Assembly: GCF_009914755.1 (NCBI RefSeq)
Contig: NC_060944.1
Direction: 5' to 3' (one strand)
Origin: the human T2T-CHM13v2.0 reference genome, Homo sapiens
DNA length: 64,000 nucleotides
Shown here: one piece after another, positions 37,150-50,119 of the stretch
How positions within the stretch are numbered: position 1 is the first letter of the stretch
Layout of the letters: each line of letters begins with the position of its first letter
Notes under the pieces: model-generated
Databases searched by the model: none
Seen by the model: the letters and a program-made list of their open reading frames with translations, nothing else
What the model was told of the DNA's origin: nothing
Program-made: the position numbers and the translations under genes

Positions 37150-37570
37150 TGTTGTTCCTTTTAACTTCACTAGTGTATTTTTCACAACCAAAATTTTGGA
37201 ATGATCTTGAGCTCCTTCATGATTTTCTTTCCTTTAACTCAACAATATCTAGAATTACCTGTACTGTCTTTCACACATAATTTCCTTCCCTGACCTGTTT
37301 TCAGAACAATCACAAGTCACTTTTTCTTCCCCTGCCTAGTTCAATTCAAGACAGGGTACTTTTCCTTTTTTTTTCTTTTTTTAATTCTCATTTACCACTC
37401 ACTTTAGACTCTTTCCTAGACTAATGACATTGTTTCCTAATTGATCTCTTTGTTTGTAGTCTTTCCTAACATTTACTCTGTTATATCCATGATGCAGAAG
37501 TTCCCACAGGAGTCAAATTTCTTGATTTTTATTTCAAGGTTCTTAAAACTATGGCTCCACCTGAAGTTCA
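37150..37570 (+). mobile_element. L2 fragments
   Basis: ggaatgatcttgagctcctt, tttcctaattgatctctttg. Confidence 0.4.
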
Positions 37571-37892
37571 GAGACATTTAATAACTGATTGGGCACAAAA
37601 TTATAAATGGTCTCTGTCATACACTGGGTCACAATCTAAACGGAGAACCAAACACATTTTTAAAAATTCTGAGAGAATGCAGAATGCTTGTTATGTTCTG
37701 GAAAGTACTGTCTAAGACATGGATAGGCATCTTTTTTTAATTTTAATGTTTATATTTTTATTTTTATAGTTAAGAATTTTTTAATATGTTCAAAAATGTG
37801 ACTAGCCTATCAAAGTTATGGTTGCTTAGCATGGTATAGAGAAAAGCTTAAGTAAGAATATGGAATCTCTCTTCTCCCTTTCCTGCTCCAGC

Positions 37893-37918
37893 AAAAAAAA
37901 AAAAAAAAAAAAAAAAAA
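37893..37918. repeat. Poly(A)26 tract
   Basis: Direct reading. Confidence 0.95.
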
Positions 37919-37961
37919 GTAATGGGAATCAGTAAAAAAATGTTAAATTAATAAATTAATA

Positions 37962-38328
37962 CAGGCTGACTATCTGAAATCGTTGGGACTAGAAATGTTT
38001 CAGATTTTGAATTTTTTCAAATTTTATAGTATTTGTAAATACATGATGAGATATGTTGGGGATGAGATTCAAGTCTAAATACAAAATTTGTTTATGTTTC
38101 ATATACAACTTATTCCCAGTGCCTGAAGGAAATTTTATACAATATTTTAAATATGTTTGTGCATCAAACAAAGTTTTGGCTGTGACCCATCACATGAGGT
38201 CAGTGTGGAATTTTCCGCTTGAGGCCAGTGTGGAATTTTCCGCTTATGGTGGCATGTTGGTGCTCAAAAAGTTACAGATTTTGGAACATTTTGAATTTTG
38301 AATTTTTGGATTAGGGATGCTCAACCTG
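37962..38328 (+). mobile_element. Tigger4b/MER46-type (TcMar-Tigger) DNA transposon
   Basis: TIRs caggctgactatc / gggatgctcaacctg flanked by TA; internal tgtggaattttcc...gtgctcaaaaagtt. Confidence 0.9.
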
Positions 38329-38443
38329 TAATAATAGGGATAAACAAATATGCAAAAATTGAGAAGGTTATGGGGAAAATGATTGAAATTTGGCAATTAG
38401 TTTAATAATGGCTGTGTAGGAGAAGGAATGGAAAAACAGAATA

Positions 38444-38900
38444 TGTCTATTTAGTGTTACTATAATGAAATACCTGAGATTGGGTAATTCATAAAGAAAA
38501 AAGGTTTATTTAGCTCACAATTCTACAGGCTGGGAAGTATGAGAAGCATGGTGGTGGCATCTGTTTGGCTTCCGATGAGGGTCTTGCTTGGCAACACACA
38601 CAAGTCAAAACATGGCAGAGAAGGCCAAAGGGGGAAAAACATGTGTGAAGAGGCAAAACCCATGGGGCCTTCTAATTTTATAAACACCCATTCTCGCAGA
38701 AACATTCCTGAGAGAGTTAATCCAGTCTTATAAGAGCAAAACCTCACCATAAGAGTGGTGCCAAGCCACTCATGAGGGCAAAGTCACCTTATGACCCAAA
38801 CACCTCCTATTGGGCCCCACCTCTCAATACCAACACATTGGAGATAAAATTTCAACATGAGTCTTGGTGGGGACAAACAAACCATATCCAAATCATAGCA
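38444..38900 (-). mobile_element. MSTB-family MaLR solo LTR
   Basis: aatacctgagattgggtaattcataaagaaaaaaggtttattt; ggggacaaacaaaccatatccaaatcatagca. Confidence 0.9.
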
Positions 38901-39031
38901 GGAGATAAATCTTGAAAAATAAATTTGGATATACTTTGGGTTGAGGTGGGGTATTTTGAAAATCAGACTGATTTTAGTCTGTTTTCATCTCAGTGGAGAG
39001 ATGTCACAAGCTCAAGGCCAAAGGGAATAAA

Positions 39032-39556
39032 TGCATCAGTTAGCTTTTGCTGCTCAACTAACAGCCCAAAATAAATGAGTGGCTTAAAACAAGAATCGGT
39101 TATCAGGCTCCTGATTCTGAGTGCTAACCATTTGGGCTGGGCTCTGCTGGGTGGCTTTTCTGGTCTTCTGGTCTTGGCTCAGTTTGTTCATCTATCTGTG
39201 GTCAGCTGCTAGGTTGGCTGGGGGTAGGATGGTCTAGAATGGCATCAGCTAGTAAAACGTTTCTCTATGCTCTGTAGTTTTGTATCTTTCAGTAGGTAGT
39301 ATGGGTTATTCACTTGGAGATTTAAGGATTTCAAAAGAGAGTGGAAGTGAGCAAGGTCTTTTAATGTCCAGAGTTAGAACCCACTCACTGACATTTTTGC
39401 CATACTTATTTTTTTGGGCAAAGCAAGTCACAAGACCAGTGAATATTCAATAGATGGCAAAAGAGCCTTTCTCTCTTAATGGAGGAGCTGCAAAGTTATA
39501 ATTTAAAGGATGTGGACATAAGGAAGAGCAAAGAATTATGTTCAAACGCAACACAC
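39032..39556 (-). mobile_element. MLT1H-like LTR
   Basis: tgcatcagttagcttttgctgc; atttgggctgggctctgctggg; gcaaagcaagtcacaagaccag. Confidence 0.8.
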
Positions 39557-39559
39557 AAT

Positions 39560-40070
39560 TAGTTTTATGCTTTAGGATGATTCCTTTGTTACAAACCATT
39601 AAATGCTGAACAGACTATAGAATTAATTGAGATCAAATGAGAGTAAAGACTATAAGATTAATTGGAATCAAGTCACAGTTGAGACAGGATGACCATTGAA
39701 AAGGCTGATATAATAGGCCAGAGAAAAATAATGTGAGAGTGAAGCACAGCAGTTGGGGTATAAAGGATGCTTGAGGTATTTTAAAAGGAGAACCCCAGGA
39801 GTTGGCTCTGGTGGCATTTTTAAAGGGTCTATGGTGTGGTGAAGGGTGAAGATAGAAGTCGTACTCCTGGGAAACCAGTGGGATGGTGGTGCCATTAGTC
39901 AGGATGACAGACATAAAGAAAGCAGGCTTGGTGGGGATTGGTGGTCCGTGGAAGAGTTGCGATGCTAACTGGTCTTCTATGTGGCTGTGTCTAGAAAGAA
40001 ATTTGAAATTTAGGTGTGGAGCTCAGTCGTGAAATAGAGAATAGAGCTGTAAATTTTGAAGTCATTCACA
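39560..40070 (-). mobile_element. L2 fragment
   Basis: gggatggtggtgccatt, gtggagctcag...agagctgtaaattttgaagtcatt. Confidence 0.7.
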
Positions 40071-40319
40071 TATTGGTAAGAACTTGCAGGCAGGAGAGTG
40101 CATATGGTGACATCCCCTGTACCCTTAGCCAAGCTGTGCTTTGTATGCAGTAGATGCAAAACCGATCATTTTCTAGCCAGTAGCAAAAACTGTGCAGTCT
40201 ATTTACCATCTTCAACACCCAGGGTGAGGCTGTTTTATTTCTTGATGAGCTGATTGTAATATAAGAAATTATGGTAAAAGTCAACCAGGAGCAGAGGTTA
40301 ATATTGGAAAAAAGATTTT

Positions 40320-40770
40320 TTTTTGAGCATCAACTATGCATAGGCTTCTGAGCTAGGCAGTTTTCCTGTGATACCTCATGAATCCTAACAGTAGTCCTCT
40401 GAGTTGGGTGCCTTTATCCCACCTCACAGACTCACAGAGAGAGGGCGCTAGGTTTTGAGGTTATCAGTACTTCTGAGGGTTTTCCAGGTCGACATACACA
40501 TGGAACATGATCCTAGTTCTCCTGAAGGAGGCTACCACTGGCCTGAGGGTGTGGGTCCCAAGACACACCAATTTGTTCTTATGGCTGGGGGCATCAGTGT
40601 ATTGGCACACCTGGAACTGATATGTGGCACAGCGGGCCTCAGCTCACCAGCTGGGAAACTGGGTTAAATAAACTGCCCAGAATAATAGATCTAATAAGCA
40701 GTAAAACTTTGACAAGAATTCAATTCTGCTTGATTCCAAAGTTTAGATTATTTCCACTACGTCATGTGGT
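40320..40770 (-). mobile_element. MIR fragments flanking a ~160-bp unassigned segment
   Basis: cctcatgaatcctaacagtagtcctctgag; ggttaaataaactgcccaga...tctgcttgattccaaag. Confidence 0.55.
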
Positions 40771-41429
40771 GACTCTGACTGGGTGTTCGAGTATAGATTA
40801 TGGGAATGGTTTATCATTGGCAAGATATACTGTCACCATAGCTAAGATACATGATACCTTTTGTTTTGTAATTCCTAAAATTGGTTCAATAATATGGGAT
40901 AAGCAAACACTGGTGATGCTTCCCTTTCTTGTAATTTAAAAAGATATTCTAAAGTGATATTAACTAAGACCACAACATAGTGAGGAAATGAGCTATGAAT
41001 TTTCAAAATCCAGTATATGGATTACAGATACATTTCAACACTCAACATATGTATTTTGATGTTTTGTTTCGTTTGATTTCTGAAATATGCTTTCCATTTC
41101 AAAGTGTCTATTAGTTTAACTGTAATAACCAAGCTTTGGCTTAAATAAATGAAGAGACTTATATTAACTATTACACAACTAGAGATTTTTGATAGCTCCA
41201 AACCCCTGGGTGACAGATTTTTCTGATCTCCAAGGCCAGCTTGTATTGATAAGGCTACCTGACACACAGTCTGAGTCTGTACTGGCACAGGAGGTGAATG
41301 GTCACTCAGGAGCCACATACTTCTATCTCTGCTCTTAACACTGGTTACATTCCATTGTACCCTTGCAGACTTGAGGAGAAGTCATACTCCCTCGTTTGTA
41401 AGTACTTTACTCTTCAGTAGAACATAGGA

Positions 41430-41630
41430 GAATGAAATTGGAAACCTCTGGCATAGAGATATTGCTTTACTTTTTCCTATCTTTGTGATTTGGAGCAAGT
41501 GGTATGACTTCTCTGACTTTCATGTAAAATGGGAGTAAAAATATCCACCTCATAGAGTTTCTGTGAGAATTAAATAAAGGTAATGATTATATAGCATTTA
41601 ACTTAGCTCTTGGCTTATAGATACAATCAT
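41430..41630 (+). mobile_element. MIR
   Basis: tgtaaaatgggagtaaaaatatccacctcatagagtttctgtgagaattaaat. Confidence 0.75.
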
Positions 41631-42295
41631 GTGGTAGCAGAAGTGATGTAGTGATGGAGGTGATAATGCGAGAGCTGGCGACAATAGTGGAGGAGGTGGT
41701 AAGAGGCATGAATGTGGTTCTGATGCTGGTGAATGGTTGGGTTAGTAGTAGGACTGATGATGAGGAGTTGGTACAGGACATAGTGGTGGAGGTAGTGGTA
41801 TTGGTAGCAGAAGTGAAAGTGTTGCTAGAATTGGTGGAGGTGATGATAGAGATAATAGCGAGGTGGTGATGATGATGGTAGAGGTGGTGGTGGTGGAGAT
41901 AGTGAAATTGGTTTTGGAGAAAATGATGGAAGTGAAAGAGGTGACAATAATGGTGGACCTTGTGGAAGTGGAGATGGTAGTGAGTGGTACTGGTTGACAT
42001 AAAGGGGAGATGGAGGTGGTGATGATAGTGGTAGAGATGATGGTGGAAGTACAATGGAGGTAGAGATTATGGTGGAAATAGTGGTGGAGGAGGTGCTAGA
42101 GTGACTGCTGATAATAGTAGAGGTGGAAGTAAAGGTGGTGGAGGTGATGGCAGTGGTGGTGGGGGTGAAGGCAGTGGTTGGTGGTGGTTGTGGTGGTGAA
42201 GACAGAGGTGGTAGAGATAGTGGAGGTGGTGGTGATGGAAGTGGTGACAGTGAAGATGGAGGTAGTGGTGGTCAAGGAGGTGAGGGAGGGGGTAG
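41630..42295. repeat. Degenerate (TGG/TGA/TAG/GGA)n trinucleotide low-complexity tract
   Basis: ~660 bp of ggtggt/gatggt/ggagg periodicity; source of the His-, Val- and Gly-rich pseudo-ORFs. Confidence 0.9.
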
Positions 42296-43874
42296 AGAAA
42301 GTGGACTTGGCAAATCAATGTGACAATGTCCATAGGGAGCAGAGAAACTGGAACCCATGGTAAATGTTCTACCCTAAGAATCTGAAAATGAAAGGTGAAG
42401 AATGTCTGTTCTCAGGACAGCTTTGGTATAATCAAAGGGGCTTCAGTTGACACTGGGTTAACAAATAATATCCTTTCCCTGTGTAGTATTAAAAATCGAT
42501 ATCATCTGAGATTCAAATCTAAATTCCTATATGGTCCTTTTTCTTCTGTGGCCTGTTGCCACACTCTCCATTCAAGTTTCCTTCCTTCAAAGACACTGTT
42601 GGTTGAATAATTTTTTGCATGTTCATGAACTCACACTCGTAGGTCGTGATGGACTGAAATCCCACTACAGACATGTGTCTGCTTCTCTGTCTCTTTGATG
42701 CATGGATTCCTGTGCTGACATGATTGATTAACTGTGCAAATACAATCCTTTTCTGGACCTTCCATCGTCTCTTTGATGTGCCAGTTTGAGGCAGTGAAGC
42801 TGTGGAGAGTCCAGCGTGTCTGTCATGAGCCTTCCCTATATATTAGCACACGGGAAACCTTGCCTTATGACTCGAGGTCTTTGCCTCTCAGTCCTCATAT
42901 TTAGTTGCTCTATTTTGTTCTTGAAACTGTTGCCTCCTTGGCCGCCTGAGGCACTGATCTCTAGGTCAGTGATAAATTCCACCCAGTTAAGCCACATGAC
43001 TAATTTCCTCCACCACTTTCAAAACAGAGTTTCTGGGGCTGTGCCTCCCCACCATGGGCTATGTTGCTGGCATGAGAAGAGCCCACTTCTTGCTGGCATC
43101 CTACTTTCTTTACCAGTTCAGAAGGCCATGGCCCCACAGCTTGGCACCACAGCTAGCATGAATTCCAGGGACTTGTCAGGCTTGCCATCGTTTCATACAA
43201 GCCTGGTGTTTGTGCTTGCCTTCCCCCTTGGCAGGTCTGAGAATTTCCACCCTTGTCAATCCATCTTGTATAGCCACAGAACAGACGGAGACCTGTGGTG
43301 TCTCTTTAGTGTGTGGGTGACGCTGGAAAACATTCCTGGTACCAAACTGTGGTAAGTGTGCCCTGCCAGGACTTAGGACTTTTGGGAAGTGACTGTTTGT
43401 CCCAATTAAAAGTGTTTTATTGTTAAGAAATGAGCTTCTTGCTGAAGGTCTTCTTTCAACAACCCAACTTTGTTAAGTGAATGCTCATGGCACTCACTAA
43501 TCTTCCGTCTCTGACAGCCTCCTGGCCAATGAGATTATCAGTTCAAACTATGGAAGCAAAATGCATTTTATTTATTATAATTCTGAGATGTTTTCAATAA
43601 TGCAAATAGCAGCGACTTTGCAAAGTGGGTCTCATGACCTTCCAGAGGCCTGGGCTAGTCAGCAGCCTGCCAATGCAAACACATGCTGTTCTGAAGCCTT
43701 CTTGAGGGCATCCTCTGCCACGGATGGAGCCTCCTCCACTGTCATGTTTGGCCTTCTGAGGAGACAGACCAAAGCACTCTAGACCAAGGCAAGCACCTGT
43801 TTGTATTAATAGTGCCTAAGATGATTTGCTTCTTTCATGCTTTGACTATTTCTGTCCTCCCCTTGGGAATAATT

Positions 43875-44110
43875 GTAACAACTAAAATGTATTCAGCATT
43901 TATCATTTGCCAGGCACTCTGCAAAATGCTTTTCCCAGATGATCACATTTAGCACTCAAGCCATGGCATGAGGTAAGTACTCTTCTTATTATTCCTGTTT
44001 TATAGATGAGAAACTGAGGCACAGAGAAGTTAAGTGACTTTCCCGAGGTCACACAGCTGGCAAGAGATGAATTTGGAATTTGAATTGACTTAGCCTCTAC
44101 ACCAGACCAT
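43875..44110 (-). mobile_element. MIR SINE
   Basis: ttttatagatgagaaactgaggcacagagaagttaagtgacttt. Confidence 0.9.
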
Positions 44111-45298
44111 TGTCTGGGGTTGGTAATAAAACATGATAAAATGAGCAAACAATGCTAACTGCAAGTGAAGCTTTGATCATATAAATGGAAGGAGGTCTCT
44201 TGGCCTTTCAGCTAAAAACACTTTTGAGAGATGAAAAGGAGATGCCCTCTGTCTTAACTTTAAGAGAGTTTGTGAAGATCGTTTTTGTCTGACATTATCA
44301 CAACTCTAGGCCTGAAGGCAGCCCCCATGACTCTCCTTTCTGCTCCAAGGCAGTGCCTTTTTGGTTGCCTGATTCTGCTGTGCTCATCCTTCTCTTAAAG
44401 ATGTACAGCTTGTTTCTATGACCCTTTTCTTTCTTTTTTCCTTCATGACTTGTACAGATAGACTTGCCCGGTTTGGAAGAGTATCGGAGAAGTCAGTTTC
44501 TTGAATCACTTTAGAGATACCTGTTGGCTAAATCCAAGAGAAAGGAGTTATTGCTGAAATGCTGAGTTCAAGATGGCTGTATGCAAGCTGATTTGTGTGT
44601 ACACACAAATAGGTGTGAGTACATTAAGGAGGCAATGTCAGGAAGTTACATATTGTGTTCTCACCAAGCAAAGGGAAGAGAAGGGAAAGTTGGTGCAAAA
44701 CAGACAGGAATTTCTGCATCTAACTTTTGGCCGAATACATTTGAAACAGAATCTTTCCATTGCTATCCAGGGAATGTATCTGAAATCGATGAGCATTTCT
44801 GGCACAACCTATGTCAAACTGAGCAACTGCATTCAGTTTGGAGATCTTTTAGATCTTGCAACAGGATACCTGGGAAACAACTGAGAGAACACTGATGCTT
44901 TTTAGAGACATTATCGGGCTCTCTCTGATGTCGAAATCACCTCTAGTATTCATGAGAAAAAGAGCGCAGCATTGTTGTTGGTCCAGATTGCCTTACAGAA
45001 GAGTATTATTCCTCCTTCCATAGGTGTCCCCAAGACACTCACACACAGAACTTCACCATTTGAGCCACAGAGAAGAACTTTGAAGTTGGGTGACCTCAAT
45101 AGGCTTGTGTGAACCAGAAAAAGATGGAGCTATTCTTAAGAAAGAACATCAAAAGTTTGTGAAAATCAAGATACAAAGGAGTCAACTGAGAACTAGGTTT
45201 TACAATGATTGAAAACTATAGTGTGTCTCTGTAGATGGTGGCTAGAGAGAGTGTGCTGTTTGAAACAGCTGTTATCTTGTTTGTTTTCAAAATAGGTT

Positions 45299-45462
45299 AA
45301 GAGAAGGAGGGAGGGAGGAAGAGAGAGAGAGAAAGAGAAAGAAAAAAGAAGAAAGAGAGAGAAAGGAAGGAAAGAAGCAAGGAAGGAAGAAAGGAAGGAA
45401 GGAAGGGAGGGAGGGAGGGACAGAGGAAGGGAGGGAGGGAGGGAGGGAGGAAGGGGAGAAAA
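45299..45462. repeat. Polypurine (GGAA/GGGA/GA)n tract
   Basis: ~160 bp with only two pyrimidines. Confidence 0.95.
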
Positions 45463-45859
45463 CTCTCTTGAGTTCAGCCTGGACTGGATGTTTGTAACAC
45501 GTGGCTCTGGGAGGAAGCTATAGTGTGGAGGTATCAATTTGATATAAATGAGGCTGCATTTGGATAGCTTCAGTTCTCATGATAGTGGCTATCTTTACTT
45601 TCTTACCCTTGAAAGGCGAGGAAAGGAAGGGATTGGCTCCCATGCTGTTTCCAAAGTCTCAGGACTTTCAAGGCCATCTCTCTCATTAGGGAAATGTAAG
45701 TCTGTGATTGACAAGGACCTTAGAGTCATTTAGCTCCATCTGTTCCTCCACACAGGGACACTGGTGTTTTAAGTGAGATCTATAGAAGATCCAAGTGGAA
45801 GCTTTAGCTAATTACCTGGCATTTCTGAACCTCTGCCACATGGATATGGAAGGCAGTTT

Positions 45860-46060
45860 TGCATAGTGTTTTTTCCCCAATGCTCATATCACACCTTCTA
45901 AATGACAGCTTTGCTTATTGCCAGTCTGAGGTTGTGGCTATAATGAAATAAGAAACACTAGCTTTCTGTTTTACAATTCTCCACAGTGTCTAACATCCAC
46001 AATTGCTTTTACCAGAACCTTGCACATAGTAGGTGCTCAATAAATATTGCTTGGTTGGCC
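45860..46060 (+). mobile_element. L2 3' end
   Basis: gcacatagtaggtgctcaataaatattgcttgg. Confidence 0.65.
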
Positions 46061-47639
46061 ATTAATTGGAGGACACAGATAATTGATCTCCTAGATTTCT
46101 GGTCATACTTTTGGGACTTTTGTGATGTTCATAGAGTCTATAAATTCAAAGCCTCCAGTAGATTGTGACATAATGTGCTGGAAAAGTAGCTATTATTTTG
46201 GTGGAAAAAAAAAAAATCCCCGAGAAAGGTTTTAGGTTTTGGAGTTGGAAGCAAAGAATGACATAGAAAAGACTTCGTGAAACTTCCATGTAGAAATCAG
46301 GTAAAGTTTGAGTTTTTCCTGTCTGTGACCTGCTAAAAACAATTCAGGTGAGAAAACAGGTGTCTTTATATCAGGGAAAAGGCAGTAAAGCATGTATGTC
46401 TTCAGTTCTTACTGGAGATGAGCCTTCATGCTTTGATGGAAGTGTTAGTAGATAAAACTGGCCTTTGCCCAGACCCTTGCTACTAAAATGTCAGAGAGTG
46501 AAATTTAAATGTATTTGGTGAAAATCAAACTTGTTATCACTTACTGTTCCGACAGGCAGTAATGAAGGGGAGAGGTGATTAGATTTGACAGTCTAAAGGA
46601 AAGGGGGCCCTAATGAAGGCCTATAGGATTATTTTTTCTTTCTTAGAGATTAGTGTCATTGGTACTCATTCTTTATGCATGGGAGACTGAGCAAATGACA
46701 GAAGTGCATGAAGGGTACAGTCTTAAAAGTGAGGCTGGAGTCACCTCAGGGAGGGTGACAAGATAAGCACTGAGAGGGTATGGCAAAAAGAAAGTGCTTT
46801 TGAATTTACTATTTTTGTTTATTCCTGGGGAGGTTCATTCCCATGGGCAGCCTATAAACCTATTTCCAGTGGCTTGCAAATACTTTTCTCATTTAAGTAG
46901 AAACTTGAATTGTCAAATTAGAGTTGAAAACGTTGTAGATCCCCTGAAATTCTGAAGAAGCTTGATTAGATCAGTCAACTTTTCCAATGGGAAGCTAAAA
47001 TAGGCCCTAAATAAGCAGCCACATGGACCAAAATTGTATATCCTTCAGTCAACTACTGTTAGAAATTTTTCTTTAAATCCATGATTTCTCAAGTTTATTG
47101 GCTGTCTTTAGCAGTGTTGTTTTAAAATAGTTTATTCAATTTTCTTTCAGTAGAAATAAACATTTATTCCTTAGAGTCATAATGATTATTCAACCTGTAT
47201 TCCCTTGGCAGTTCCAATTTTAACTATAGTGTTATGGTTTTCCCACTGACCATAAAAATGTCCCAGATAACCTAATATTTTCTCATTCATGCTGTCTCCC
47301 ATGTGTGGAAGAGTCTGAACCTCACATCTGGAAGTAGCAGGGCAGTAATTTCCCAGACCACATGTCTCATTAGGGGGCAGGAGACTGAAAGACATGGGTA
47401 CCATTCTTAGACTGGGGAGACAGAAAAAAGGTGAGTGTGTAGTGAAAAACTGAGCAAATGATAATGATAGGCTGAGCTGAAAATTTGTAAAAGCCCTAGG
47501 GCTGAAGGGCTCTTCAATCGTTATGTGTTCCCTGCTGTGTGAAGCTGGAGGGTGTGTGCACACAGGAAACCTGCTTCCATTCAAGACTCATTCTCAGATG
47601 CCACAGATGCAATTTTCAAAGTAATGGGTACACCAATCA

Positions 47640-48420
47640 CCAAATTACTTAACAAGTATTTACTGAATATCTGCTAAATATTAGCCACTCTTCAAGGCAC
47701 TTGGGGATACAAGAACAAAGCAGAAAAGCCCCCTTGTCATGGAGTTTATCTTCTGGTTGAGTGAAACACTCTGTAAGTCAATTTTAAAAGTACATGTAAT
47801 GTGTCATATGCTGATGAGTATAATGAAGAAACTAAATCAGGATGAGGGGCTGAAGACTGAGGAAAGAGATATTTTAGATAGGATGTTCAGGAAAGGCTTT
47901 TTCTAATGAGGTGACATTTGAGCTGAGACTTAATGTAGTGAAGGAGGAAATGATGTGCATCTGTGGGAGAAGAGGAAAAGGAAGAACCAAAGATCTAAGG
48001 TGGGTATGTTGACATGTTCCAGAAACAGGAAAGACTTTACTGTGGCTGGACGGGATTAAGAAAGGAGAAGACCATTAGAGGTTAAGATCCACGAGGTCAT
48101 GGGATTCACTCATGTGGAACCTCCTAGGATTCTTTGGTAAATGTCATGGGAAGTCACTAGGCCAACAGGATGATCAGAACTGGTATTTATCAAGGAGAAG
48201 GCTCCAGGGGAAGGAATCCCAAGCTCACAACTAGACTGCATAGGCTTACGGTGCCTATTACACATTCAACTGAAGCATTGGAGAGGCAATTTGTCATGGA
48301 AGGTTGTTGTTTAGGATAGAGATATGGGCTGGAAACAAACATTTGTGAGTCAGCAGTGTGAAAATAGTGACTAAAACAAAGAGATTGGATACAATTAATT
48401 AAACAATGAGGTAATTAAAT
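47640..48420 (-). mobile_element. L2 3' region
   Basis: aacaagtatttactgaatatctgc; gaggtgacatttgagctgagactt. Confidence 0.8.
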
Positions 48421-49249
48421 AGAGATGTTTACCAGTTCTTGATAAGAGCTCTGGGCTAATAATCTATGTATGGATTGATACAGCTTTATATCATTGGGCT
48501 CAGTTGTTTAAAATGAGGAAGGTCACCACCCTCATACCTTGAGTAAGATCCAGCTCCCTTTTTACTCTTACTACCTCCTTTCTAAGGAGGAGGAGGAGTA
48601 AAGTTAATTTTTCATATCCCCAGATACTGATTGGAACACTTGTCACTACAGGGCAGAGTCATTGTGCTTTAAAAGGCATGCACTCATAGTTCAATCCTAT
48701 GAATGGATTTAGAAAGATGGTTTTACTCCTTGGACTTGACAGGCCATTTTTCTACTTCCTCTATGCTCTTTTCCCATGTGGCAGCCTGGCCTACAGAGAG
48801 TGACTTAAACTTCGGAAGGGTGGTCTAGACCAGTCTGGTGATGTTTTATTTTCCAGCATTCCACCCTGGGTGGTGCGAGCGTTCAGCTCCTTTTGTCCCA
48901 CAGCTGGTTGGTTAACTGTCTTGGTGCTTCTTTTGAAAAAATAATCATTTCTGGATTTAAGGAAATAGAATGGGAACACTCATATTGGCCAAGAATCCAG
49001 ATCCTTCAATTCATTTTCCCAGCAGAGAACTGTGCATTGGGCAGCACTGGCAACATGCTCATAGCACTTTTACCCATTTTAGTAATTGTCCATGTGTGTT
49101 GCTCCCTGGGTGAACCTCAGAGAGGAGAGATGAGGAATAGGCTTTAGGTACCAAAACCTGAACAGAATCCTTCTTTTAAAGACAATGCTAGTAAACATGT
49201 GGTTTCCTGAATATGATGAAACACCTTAAAGTAATGCAGGCTTTGTAGA

Positions 49250-49385
49250 TGGTTTTGACTCTTCCTCCCTGACTAGACTAGTTCCTTCGGGGCAGGGATT
49301 ATGTTTTTTTCACAGATGTATTCCCAATGACTAACATGATTCTTAGTCCATGGGAAGCACTCAATAAGGCTTGTTGGATGAGGAA
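49250..49385 (+). mobile_element. L2 3' end
   Basis: actagactagttccttcggggcaggga...gcactcaataag. Confidence 0.65.
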
Positions 49386-49936
49386 AGGAGATAGTGACCC
49401 TGGCATTATCTATTTTCTTGGAAAGGGGAAAATATCATATTCTTACGAGGAGCCATTTCTTTCTCCTTTTTATTATGGCAGGAGAATTCACCTCTCCACC
49501 AATGATCCTTTTATTTCCAACTCTCTGGAGTTAACACCTGGGGGTCTGAAGGTCATTTGCTGCCTCACCTGAATTTGGAAATGTCTCATCATGCATCCTT
49601 CCAGCTCTTCTTGAAATTCTTAGATTATAGAACAGACTGTGATCTGATATTGAAAGATGATGACCCTCTACTTCACTACACAAACCACCTGTAGCCTTCA
49701 GTTTGGTCAACTCACTGCCCCAGGGACACTGGTGGATTCTGACCGCATGTGTACTTGATTGCATGCTTCTTTGGGCTAGGTGAATTGGAGGTTCTTCTTC
49801 TCTTAGATTTTACCCCTTCTCTGTGGTCTGAAATCTCTAGCTCACAACTTTCTTAGAACACTTGCGGAGGTTGGAATCTGTCTCACTTTCTTGGCAGAAA
49901 CTAATTGCCTCCTTGTAATGTTAGTATACTTTAGTG

Positions 49937-50119
49937 CAGAGCTTCTCAAGCTCAGTGTTGACCAGAATCACCTGGAAAGCTTGTTAAATATTTTTGGGCC
50001 CCACTCCCGTAATTTTTGATATAGTAGATATCGAGTGGAGTCTAAACATTTGCATTTTTAACATGTTCTTAGGTGATGCTGATGCTGCTGATCTTGGGAC
50101 CATGCTTTGAAAACCACTG
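49937..50119 (-). mobile_element. MER5A
   Basis: agaatcacctggaaagcttgttaaa...ggtgatgctgatgctgctg...tttgaaaaccactg. Confidence 0.85.

Noticed and set aside
37893-37918. A26 as a processed-pseudogene tail
   Set aside because: No upstream poly(A) signal, mRNA-like body or TSD; the flanks look like a degraded DNA-transposon fragment
35650-38244. Direct repeats as a CRISPR-like array
   Set aside because: Two-copy tandem duplications without spacers, in primate DNA
40432-40451. CTCF-like AGAGGGCGCTA
   Set aside because: The 5' half of the motif (CCAC/CCAG) is absent
41587-42363. His-, Val-, Gly- and Pro-rich ORFs
   Set aside because: Different frames of a degenerate TGG repeat
42816-43355. Longest ORF (179 aa)
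   Set aside because: GTG start, no recognisable domain, no clear splice/Kozak context; length attainable by chance in 64 kb
44573-44895. Two overlapping ~104-aa ORFs
   Set aside because: No recognisable protein similarity; both cross a likely splice donor
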